Source: Trichinella spiralis (taxonomy: Eukaryota). From it: 64,000 bases of DNA. Of the stretch, positions 32,988 through 43,965 are shown in pieces. Both the position numbers and the translations under genes were made by a program. Numbering within the stretch: position 1 is the stretch's first letter; each line of letters starts with the position of its first letter. The DNA is taken from positions 3,233,513 through 3,297,512 of the forward strand of contig NW_003526945.1 in assembly GCF_000181795.1 (NCBI RefSeq), written 5' to 3'. The notes below the pieces were generated by a model that worked only from the letters and a program-made list of their open reading frames with translations, had not been told where the DNA came from and ran no database searches.

Positions 32988-33600
32988 AGGCAGTTTCCGA
33001 TGAAACTCTGCAAAGCATTATCTTTTATCAATATGAAGCTATAACAATCAAGAAAGGTCCAAATTTTGACAAAAGGGTTTTCGCCGGTATTCGCAAAAAA
33101 AAGCGAGTCTATAATTTCGTTATTTTCGAGAAAATCCTTTTCCTCCAAAAATTGGCTTTATGGACAATTACGATTAGCGAAGTACAACAAAAGTCGTCCC
33201 GGTCGTTCCCGTTGCGTAGTTCTCGAGATATACCAAAAAAGTGAGTAACTTACCAATGTATCAAGATAGGCAATATGCCAACTTTAGAAGGAATTTATTC
33301 CACACCTACTAGGCAGTTTCCGTTAGAACATTGCATAACATTATCATTAATCATTGTGAATGATTATCGAAAGAATAATCAAAGAAAGACAATCAAAAGA
33401 AGCGCAAATTTTGACAAAAGGATTTTCGCAAAAAAAGCAAGTCGATAGCCCATGACATTTCGTAATTTTCGAGAAAAAGGTTTTTCTCCAAAAATGACGT
33501 GAATCGATTTTAAATCGATCAGAAATGATTAGTGAACTACTGCAAACTTATCCGCACCGTTCCTGATTGCGTACTTCTCGAGATGTGCCAGAAAAAGTGA
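32988..33600. repeat. Two diverged direct copies (~32988-33244 and ~33311-33600) of a ~260-290 bp repeat, possibly MITE/satellite-derived
   Basis: Shared blocks in the same order: ggcagtttccg, caaattttgacaaaagg, ttttcgagaaaa, ttgcgta.ttctcgagat, aaaaagtga. Confidence 0.75.
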
Positions 33601-36044
33601 AACAAAAGTAGTAGGCTTTTGATGGTGTCGAAATAAAAAGAAATAAAACATATATACTCAATAAATATGCTTATAAAATCATTTCAATGTCTGCAGAGTA
33701 ACGTTCGATATTTTCAGCCACAAACAGAGATTTATTTTAATAACAGTTGTTCCTAATTTTTGTTCATCATTTTGAAGCATCTTCAGTGTTCAGCTGAAGA
33801 GGTGGGTGGGACTCTGTTGTTTTGCTCGCCTTGGTTGTGTGGAGAGCTGTGTCATCCCGCTGCTTTCACACAACAGGAGACGTTGCCTTTTGCCAGCGCA
33901 GTTGAGTGAGGAAGGTTTTGCATTTTTCTTTGCTTTGGGGTAGGAGATGTTTCGCACAAAGTGTCGAAGCTAAAGGAATGATGTTTTGTCGCTCCTTTCC
34001 TGAAGCGTGAGGTTTGACCGTGGATGCCGGCTGCTTTCTTTCTTCGTTTACTTTTCGTATTTTTTAGGCGTTTTTTTATTTAAAAAAACCTTTGGCTGCG
34101 CTGGCGACAGTCTCAGCCATGCTGTTTCCCCGCTGTTCCTCATGCCAGCACTCTAGGAAAATTCTTAGCTCTCAACCTCGAGCCGCGTGCTTGCCTCTCA
34201 GGTTTCCATTAAAGATTACCACTCAAAACGGATCGCTCAGCACAATTCACCCGATAAGTAGCGCGCACAAGGTGGTGTCGTTGCTTCAGTGACTGACAAT
34301 TATCATCGTTTTGGGCTCTGTTCGCAATGCCTTGTGAATAACGAAATTACTGTCGAACCTTACTCTCAGTATTACTGTACTTTCTGTAGAACCATCATAT
34401 CATTGCATGCTTTTCGTGTAAGTACAAACTTATGATTTCTTATTTACTGTTCGTGATTTTTGATACTTGTGCTAATTTTTTTTAATCATTATGTAATTCA
34501 GTTTTCGTGAAATCCTTATCTTATAAACAACAATTTGCTTGTTCGTTTTACTGACGTTACTGTTGCGTCAGATAACGTTCACTCAGTAGGCTTCATTTGT
34601 AGCAGTTGTGAGCTAACAGTATGCTGCTGCTAAACAATGCGACATTTTTCCTGAAAAGCCCGTTTTGTATGCATAAAACAGATACATATTCTTTTGTTTA
34701 TTTTATTTTATTTTAATGTTTTGTGAATAATTGATAGTGGCTTAGAATAGCATCAAATGAATATGATAGGCATGGACGTTGGCAAAGCGGCTATTAAGAT
34801 AAGTTACATTTTCGATTTTGCTCATTATTGCTTGAAAATGTTATTTTCAATTTAGCATATTATTTGTAAGTTCTAGTGTACAAGCACAAAGATGAATGTA
34901 CATCTATGGGCAACATTTGGTTAAAGTGTTTGTCATTTTTTTAATATATAGAAGAATGGAAACGCGGACCATATGAAGCCGTGCCAGTGACAAAATGTCT
35001 GTCTGGTTATCTGTAGATCGTTATTCTATAATTTTAGTCTAGAGAACTTTGAAGGGTGAAGTTTTCTCATAGCCTAATTATGTTAAAGACAGATCTGTAT
35101 ATTACCGGCAATCCTGTATGGTTGTCATTTGATTAATGCTGTGTTTTGGCTTTGATGCCGCAAAATTTTTTTGGATGCAATTATTTTTATCTGTCGCAAT
35201 ATTTTGAGTTTTCTACTTGTTTCCGTTTAGCGTGCAGTTTAATTTTAACACTTACATTTTTGTTGTTTTCAAAAGAAATTCATTTCATCTGATTATTATT
35301 TATAAAATCGTTTCTTCATACATTAAAATTTTTATGTTTATTTATTTTATATTTGATTTTGTTTGAAAACTGCTGATTATTATTTTTTTAAATAGATATT
35401 TTATAGAATTAGAATAGAATTCCTTTTCAATTGCCTGTTTCGCTTTTAGCGTTTCTCTTTGGTAAATACAGTGTAACTTTGATTATCTGACTATATGATT
35501 TTTGGAGGTTCTGCGGATTATCGAATTTTCAGATAATCATAATTTTGAATGTTATACGTACATAATTGTACATTGAAATTGATCAGAAACAAAATATGAT
35601 TATATACGTTATTTGAAACATCACCGGTAATTGCAACAATCATAGTTCATCTGTATTAAAATTAACTTAAATCATAAAGCAATCATTCCATCACCATTAC
35701 AACCGTTTTGAAATTTTTAATTTAAAAAATGAAAAATAAGCAGAAATCAAGGAAAATGAATTTTTGGAAACTTCAAAATCAACGCACAAACAATGCGAAT
35801 GCTATTGGAACGGATGATATGATAAATCAAAGAGTCGTCTCGTGATTCTTTTTACAAAATAGATACGATACTTGCATAGTCAATTTTGTTTTGAACAAAA
35901 AAGTTAACTGCAAATTCATCGTTGTTTCTACCTGACAGCCATTGTCGTTTAACTTCATTTGTAGTTTTGTTTTAATTTAATTTTAATGTTTAAATTTTCA
36001 ATCCAAAATTTCATATTCTGTCTGGGTCATTTTTTAAATTTATT

Positions 36045-36445
36045 TCTTTTTCAGTAACGCGCGTTGTCTGAATGTTCGTACATTTTGGCGCACATTTTTT
36101 TGCGTTGATCATTTATCTGGGTCATTTTTGAATTTTAATTATCACTCGGCGGCGTTATTATGGTTGTTATTTTCCAATCATTCACTTTTTCAAATTCTCA
36201 TCGTTTGATTGGTTCGTGGAAAATTAATGGACTTGATGAATTTTTCATTTTTTGCAAATGTTCATTTTTCAATATTTTCCATATGATTGATGAACAGCAA
36301 TATAAAGCGGTGTTATGATAATGGAACGTCATATGCATGTTGAGTGTAAAAAATTTCCTTTCACTCAGCTTAGCACGAAACGAATATTTTCGTCGTGTCT
36401 TGACTAACAGAATTAGTGGAAATTAAGGACATAAAAATTTGCATG
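36045..36445 (+). repeat. Left arm of a ~400 bp inverted duplication (partner 43586-43965) containing CCAAT- and TATA-like motifs
   Basis: Blocks such as tatctgggtca.ttttgaatttt.attatcactcggcggcgtt and tataaagcggtgttat...cgtcgtgtcttgac recur as reverse complements at 43586-43965. Confidence 0.9.
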
Positions 36446-37969
36446 TGCATGCGTTATTAATCACAATGCACGCTGAAATACAACTAGCACAACATACGTA
36501 CAAGCTAAATTCATAACTTTATTTAATTTGCATTATTTTGGCTATTCAATTGTACGTAGATGTGAGAAGTAATATAATCGTTAATATTGTAAACCTGTAT
36601 GTCATATATTGCTGTTTGCGTGATTTCACATTAAAAATTTTGAAAATAATCTTTTCTGAAGGTAACATTAAGTAGGTCTCGTAATTGTTTACCAGAACTT
36701 TTATGCAAATTTTTATGCGCGGCCTTGCCGTTTGTTTGCTTTCCAGTCACAAGCCTCAGCGTTTGATATATATGTACAAAACTTCATTTAATTTGCTTTT
36801 TTCAGCAACCTAATGGTATCTAGTACTCAGGAATAACATAATCGCTTATATTCTGAAATTGTATCTTAAATATTCCTTTTCTTGTGATTTTTCAAAAAAT
36901 TTTGCTTCCTCATCGTAATGAAAAGAGGGCACAGTAAGATTTGTTTACCAGAAAATGCATGCAAATTTTCATTCACTTGCTATGCGTTCGTTTACGTGGC
37001 TTTAGTTTCAATGGGTGTTGGTGTACAGTATGTGATCCGCGTGCATTGGAGTTCTCCATGCGATGACGGACGTAGAATGACATTAAAAACAGCCTTGATT
37101 TTTATTTACATTACATTACATTATTTCACTGAAGTAATTCATCTACACATTTGGAGGAACGTGACTACGGAAGATAAACAAGAAGAATTAGAAGACATCT
37201 ATTTTCGTAAGTTGTATTTGTTATGGGTATTTTGTAATCGATTAAATGTAAAGCTCAGAATAGACTATTATTAATAGAATTTACTATCAGTAGGAAGTAA
37301 TAAAATGTTTTAAAGTTTCGAAATTTTACGTCTAACTTAACGAACATTTGTTAGTACCATTTTTAAAATGTCCCATTAATATGGCTATCTATAAATAAAT
37401 GAGACTGATAAATGAGAAATGTTTTAATATTTCATTTATTGCTATTTATTCAATATTACTATTATTCAATTTAAATAATTACGGAACATTTTAATTTTTC
37501 ATTCTAAAAGCATTTCCAACATTATGTCACTAATTTTATTTTTATTACTTTCAATTGATTTGGTGTATTTAGAACGGCACTGAACGAATAAGATGTACCT
37601 GAACGAAGAAAAGATTCTGATCAGGGAAGTTGCATTTTTGACAGTTTATCGTTATTACATTAACATGTATATATGAATATTGATCCTCTAACATAGTGGC
37701 ATAAGTGAATATTATCTAACTGTGAATAGATACTGTCCGTAATATTTAATTAAATTGAAATTTTTATGCATTGTTGTCAAGAGGCTGTTTTGAAGTTCTA
37801 AAAATTCAGTTTTAACATTAAAACATTATTTATAACTTTTGCTGCATGTTGACATTTGATTTAACGTTCGGCATTTTTACAGATATGAAGAAGAATGAAG
37901 ACGCGGACGACACAAAGCAAAACGGATAACAAAAGGTATGCGTGGTTCTCCGTGGGTTCCCATTCTGTT

Positions 37970-38153
37970 TGTTTGTATATATATACGTCAGTTTGTATAT
38001 ATATACGGAGTTGAACCACTCTTCAAAGGGTGGAGGAGGGGGTGGCGGGCGGGTATACGGAGCTTAAAGATAGTTTATATATATATATACGGAGTTGAAA
38101 GACAGTTTGTATATATATATACGGAGTTGAAAGACAGTTTGTATATATATACG
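37970..38153. repeat. ~30-32 bp minisatellite (cagtttgtatatatatacggagttgaaaga) running into an N-gap
   Basis: Four to five visible units, ending at nnnn. Confidence 0.85.
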
Positions 38154-40045
38154 NNNNNNNNNNAATGCGTTCAGGGTGTTATATAATCAAATTCGATTCT
38201 CTATTGTATTGTGAAGTGAGTAGGACTTAAAAATGAAAAAATTGTCACTTACTGCTAAATGCGCCATCTTCTCATCGTTAATGTTCATTGTCTTTGAACG
38301 TTGATTAAAAAATTATTTTTCAGAAATTATTCCAAAAAAATAATAATGAATAAAAAGCAAAAATAGTGTTTGGATTCAATGTTTGTCTTCAGTCAATTTT
38401 CCAATCAAAACGCTGAGCTACCATCCACGAACGGCCTCAAACTGAAATGATTTCTATTAGGTCAATAAAGCGAACGACTTCGCATGCAAATTTTTATTTT
38501 ATTCATTTCTGCTGATAAATATGGCTACTGTAGATTTTTCATTGCTCTTCATTTATTTAATGCACTCTGTTTGTGGCGAAAATTTAATTGGAACTTTGCC
38601 AAACATATAAACACTTCTCATTACACTATGACTTTGTCCATTGTGTATGTTTAATGGAGGTTGATCCAAATGAATTCGTATGTATCTGTGGTAATGCAGG
38701 TATTAAAATTCGTTTTAACGTAGTTTGGCTTCGCTATAGGCGCCGCAGCCAGTGAAGCGGTAAAAGTTGTTTCCATGTGATTAAAAGTTATCACCGTGTA
38801 ATGTTCTCTATCAAGGAGTGATCAAATATAGCGAATTGCATTGAATTGAATATGCAAATTGCCATTGGTTTGTTGTTATGTAGGAAAAGGTGAACTCAAA
38901 TAGCTACACATTGGGTATCAATGAGAAGCGTAGTAAATGATAAAGGTGGTAATGGGCATTGCATTCCATGAAATCTTTGCTTTTCAGCAATGTAAACACA
39001 TAGAACGGTTACGTTTTCATTCGCAGGAAATGGTGATTATTTCACAACGAAAGAAAATACAGTAACATTTTATTTAAATAATCTCTAACAGTAAAACAAC
39101 AGCACTTCAAATGAAATCAATCATTTGAGCGAATTCAGAAAAGCCTTTTCGTTCATTGCATTTGATAAAAATGATTTGATAAGAAGCCATGATTGGTTTC
39201 TTGGGTGAGTGGACAAAAAAGTTTGTGATCACCTTGCTTTACGGTGACATAAAGAGGCCTAACAACGGCACCGTGTAGCCTGGTGGAGCTGGCTTGCAAA
39301 GCAAATTGTCGACAGTGGGAAAAATGAGTATCGTCTTCTTCTCGTTCTTTTTATCGACTTCCTTTATTATTCTTCTGGAAAGCCAATATCCCGGTGCGAA
39401 GCTAACCCACAGGATACCATACCAGGTGAAAATACTTTCAATTAGTCACTTTTTAAATCAGTGATGAAATGCCACAAAAAGTTGTATTTAAAGCGCATGA
39501 AGAAATGCAAGCCTAAAGAATAAAATGCTGAAGCAAAAGTCCAGCAGTTGGAATCGGTGAACTGAGATCAACAATCAAGCAAATAACAGTCGACATTGAA
39601 ATAATATGAAAATCATTATGTTCTAACAATTAGAAATGAAATTTGCAAAAATAATGCTAAAAAATTTAAAAAAATTCTTTGAATTGATTAGTAATAAAAA
39701 ACCTTTAAAGAGAACACGTTTTAGTTTAAATTTAAACGTGAAATGAACACTTTAAAATATTAACTTTAAAACAAAGCAAAGACATGAAGAGAAAAAATAT
39801 TCAAGTTTATTGTGAGACCCTTTTAGCGACAAGAACTGTGCCAGCTAGAAGAAGGTAAGGAGAATAATTTTCCATTTTTTCATTTTTCAACTCATCCTTT
39901 CACTGCTAATGATCACTTTCAAATTTCTACTTTATTCATTTACAAATACCGATCACTAAATCTAAAGCCTAATTAATATTAATAATCGAATTTCATCAAA
40001 GTTGTATTCTTCTTCTATTCGCTAATCAACTGGTGCTTTTAGAAA

Positions 40046-41316
40046 ATGAAAACCGTAATGGGAATGTGCAATTATTCTAAGCTTATTTTGGCGCTGTTTG
40101 TTTTCTCTAATGTAAGCAAAACAATTGCACAAATGTATTAACATAAAATAATTTCAATTCAACTTTAAGGTGACGTTTGTGAGAAGCGCCATCAACCAAA
40201 CAAATGAAAGTAACAGATTTTCAAATATTGTCTTCAGATAAATTTATCCATTCATTAACTAATTAATATGTCTTGCATGAAATTTAAGCGAGCATTTTGA
40301 ATTCCACACGACCATACAATGAAATGGAAGTCACTCTTGAAGAAAAAGAGCAGAATTACAAAATTAGAGACATACATGATGAAACAATGGATCAACAGCA
40401 GTTACGCCTCGATGATCATGACATCAAAAAAATTCTGAATCTACCTGGAAAAAGTATAAACGCATATTTATTTATTGATCATTTGTCACCATTCAGAATT
40501 ATATAAAATCGTAAAAATTTAATATCACATCAAGTCATTTATTTACTGTTCTCCCAGTTTTGTTTTAATGTTTGCAAACTGCACGATGCAAATTCAAACT
40601 TTCCATAAACAAAATTCCATTTCACTAATTAATAGATAAAAATTTGAATACTTTCAAACTTTCAGTTTCGTTACATTATATAAAATTTTTTTTAATAGAT
40701 TATAAACGTTCCAAGAAAGAATTACAAGAAAAAACGATTGATGACTACTTCGAAGCACAGCTAAAAGTCGAAAAAAGTAAGAATTTACTCTCATTTTTTC
40801 AAACTTCTTTTCAATATTAACACCAAAATGCTAAACTGCTATATTCGAATTTTCTGAATTCAAATAATCTATGTTCGCTTTTCCATAAATTTTGTGGAAA
40901 ACAACTGTTAAATAAATAAATGACTATTGTTTAATTATTAGAGCGAAAAATATTCAACAGAAAAATGCCCATGTTTCAAATTACCATTACTCGTGTATAA
41001 TAATAATAAACGCTTTATTAACATTTCAGTAAGGATAGTCATTATCATATTCATAATTGGCCTCATCCCATCCTACGTACTTGTTTTGTTGTATTTCAAT
41101 GTGCCGGAGAAATTTGCAAAATATGTAAGAACACAATTTGTGTAATTACAGAATTAGTAGAATAATATAAATATTTAGCTTATAAGAATATTTGACAAAA
41201 CAAATCGTTACTGTCCCAAAGTGGTAAATCTGAAAGAAGAGTTGGTCAAAAAGAAAACCGTATCATTGAAAAGGGGACGAAGCTGCAGTTGGAATGAAGC
41301 AGTGGTTTCGCCCTGA
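40046..41316 (+). CDS. Orphan type I single-pass membrane protein, ~200 aa, six exons
   Basis: Exons join in frame: signal-like MKTVMGMCNYSKLILALFVFSNVTFVRS, charged ectodomain with NxS/T sites, TM IVIIIFIIGLIPSYVLVLLYF, basic tail ending NEAVVSP*. All junctions GT-AG and phase-consistent. Confidence 0.75.
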
Positions 41317-41691
41317 TTATCAATCTCATTCATTATCACTCATTATCCACAATGATATCTCATCATTTAATTTTATTATCATCAATGCTCTATTGACAGA
41401 ATATTGAAATTTCAAAACTAGAAAAATATTTGCTGATACATTTAATACTTATTAGTTTCACATGCATTTGCAATGCGTTTGAACTTTTTATTTTATAATT
41501 CATTCTACTTTTGTAAATTACTATTTTTGAAAATATCCCATTAAATGATCTATAATTCATTCATTCATTCATTCATATAATAAAAATATTATTCAACTTG
41601 CCAGCATTTTAATGCCATGCATTCTGAGCCATGTCATTATGTCATGCATCTATTATTATTAATGTCATTGCATTTAATGCCTCAATGTTCA

Positions 41692-42663
41692 TGCCATCAA
41701 AAAAATGCTGAATCTATCTGGAAAAAGTATAAACGCTTTTTATTGATCATTTGTCACCATTCAGAATTATATAAAATCGTAAAAATTTAATATCACATCA
41801 AGTCATTTATTTACTGTTTTCTCAGTTTTGTTTTAATGTTTTGCAAACTGCACGATACAAATTCAAACTTTCCATAAACAAAATTCCATTTCACTAAGTA
41901 ATAGATAAAAATTTGAATACTTTCAAACTTTCAATTTCATTTCTCACTACATTTCATAATTTATTGTTCTAATAGGTAATGGCAGATATAGGGGGGAATT
42001 TCATGAAAAACCGAATGAGCGTGATGAATTGTTGTTCAAAGCAAAATGGATCAAGAAAATAGGTGAGAATTTATTTAGTCTCTTTTTTTTCAAATTTCTT
42101 TTCAGTATTAATTCCAAAATTATGTTAAACTGCGATATAACAATTTTCTGCACTCAAATAAATTTTGATAGGTTTTCCATAATTTCCGTGAAAAATTAAC
42201 ACTTTTCTATAAATGACTATTAAATGATAATTAGTGCAGTATTTTCGTAAAATAATGTTCAACCCGCAAAAGGAAAATTTTTGAAATTATTATCATTCAT
42301 GTACAATAATTAACATTTTAGCAAGAGCAATTACTATTATGCTTTTCGTGGCATGGATGTTTTACAGCGCAATAATTCTTATTTTCCGTTTCAATATTCC
42401 GAAGAAGTACAGAAAATACGTAAGAATAGAAATTTAAATAAAAAAAGTGTAATCATATAAACGTTTAGGTAAAAATGTTGAAGAACATAAATCGTTACTT
42501 CCCTTTATTTCATGATGGAAGAAGAATCAAACGAATTCCTTGCAAAATGCGACCCAGGATGAAACGGAGGAGAAAGCTGCAGTTAATATTACGCCGTGAT
42601 TTCGCCCTTATTATCAACTCATCGCCTATCGTTCATCATCACTTATTATCCATTGATTTCTGA
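41692..42663 (+). CDS. Duplicated 3' module (end of exon 3, exons 4'-6') of the orphan membrane gene: alternative C-terminus or partial pseudogene
   Basis: Copy of the exon-3 end and intron 3, then open phase-compatible exons SNGRYRGEFHEKPNERDELLFKAKWIKKI / ARAITIMLFVAWMFYSAIILIFRFNIPKKYRKY / VKMLKNINRYFP...; no signal-peptide exons of its own are visible. Confidence 0.65.
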
Positions 42664-43585
42664 TTTACTTTTATTATCACTACTGTTCCACTAACGAAAT
42701 ATTCAAATTTCAAAAACTGAAAAATATTTCCCGTTAATATATTTAATGTTTTCTGTTTTGAGGTGCATTTGAAATGCCCTTTTACTTTATAATTTATTTT
42801 GCTGTTTTACACTGTACTGTAATTTTCATTTTAATCGCTAAATACATATACACAATCCAGAAAACAGTTAAACAGTCATGATATAAAAAACGACCATTCA
42901 AAATGACTGATTCAAATCCAACCAAAGCAGATTAATTTTCAATTTTAAAATAAAGTAAATAAACAGAACTCGTGCGTACAAAATCGTGTGCGAAAACAGA
43001 GACTGGGCAATATAGTGGGCAACCATGGTAATGTTTTGAATTTTATGTTTTGCTGTTTTTGTTTTAACTATTGGAAAGTTGCATTTCAGACGACGCTAAT
43101 TCACATAACGAACAAACAATATGCATTCAACGTTATTCCACCTAGTCTGACTAAGCTAAATCGACTTATTTACATCTCACAATAAATACACTATTCCAAC
43201 TGCTGAACATGCAAATTAAAGACACCAATCAACTGCTCATTAATTTACACCTGAAATTTTAACAGATTACAAATACCATCTATTCTGAGTTAGTAAACTT
43301 TGTACACGGCCATATTTTTGAACAACAACAATCAAATTCAGATTAAAAAATGCAACTTACTAAAATAGGCGAGTCACATTATTGAGGTTCATCTTCTTTT
43401 TGTGCAAATTTGAAAAATGATGAATAATTTTCGAGAAATTAAATAAAATTAATTTTCATGATCCACGTTGAATTTTCCAATGAAAAAAAAGCACCAATCT
43501 GCTGCAGTCGTCATACACCGTCAGTCGATGATCACACCAAATGAACTTCACAGAGCAAACAACGCACGATGCACGCACATAATTG

Positions 43586-43965
43586 TATGCAAATTTTCAT
43601 GTCTTTAATTTACACTATTTCTTTTCGTCAAGACACGACGAAAATACTTGTTTCGTGCAAAGCTGAGTGAAAAAAAATATTTTACACTCAACATGCACAT
43701 AACGTTCCATTATTATAACACCGCTTTATAGTGCTGTTTATCAATCATATTGAAAATATTAAAAAATAAACGTTTGCATAAAATGAAAAATTCATCAGGT
43801 CCATCAACTTGCAACAAACCAATCAAACGGTGATAATTTGACAAAGTGAACGACTGGAAAACAGCAACCAACGCCGCCGAGTGATAATGAAAATTCAAAA
43901 TTGACCCAGATACAGTGCGCGCCAAAACACTGACACTCAGGTATCGAGCGGTGACCGAAGAAAGG
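43586..43965 (-). repeat. Right arm of the inverted duplication (partner 36045-36445)
   Basis: Reverse complement aligns with 36045-36445 at roughly 80% identity by eye. Confidence 0.9.

Noticed and set aside
33905..34015. U3-like (GAGGAAG, CTGAAGCGTGAG) or RNase P-like (GGAAGGT) motifs
   Set aside because: No U3 5' box A/A' or terminal C/D arrangement, and no RNase P CR-V consensus at the right place.
35070..35080. GCCTAA in the long hairpin as a telomerase RNA template
   Set aside because: Only one repeat unit; a template needs about 1.5 units.
36685..36960. Spliced-leader RNA genes (tttaccaga motif)
   Set aside because: No AG|GT donor after a ~22-nt leader followed by an Sm site in the expected arrangement.
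37970..38153. ~30-bp repeats as a CRISPR-like array
   Set aside because: Head-to-tail units without unique spacers, eukaryotic context, no cas genes.
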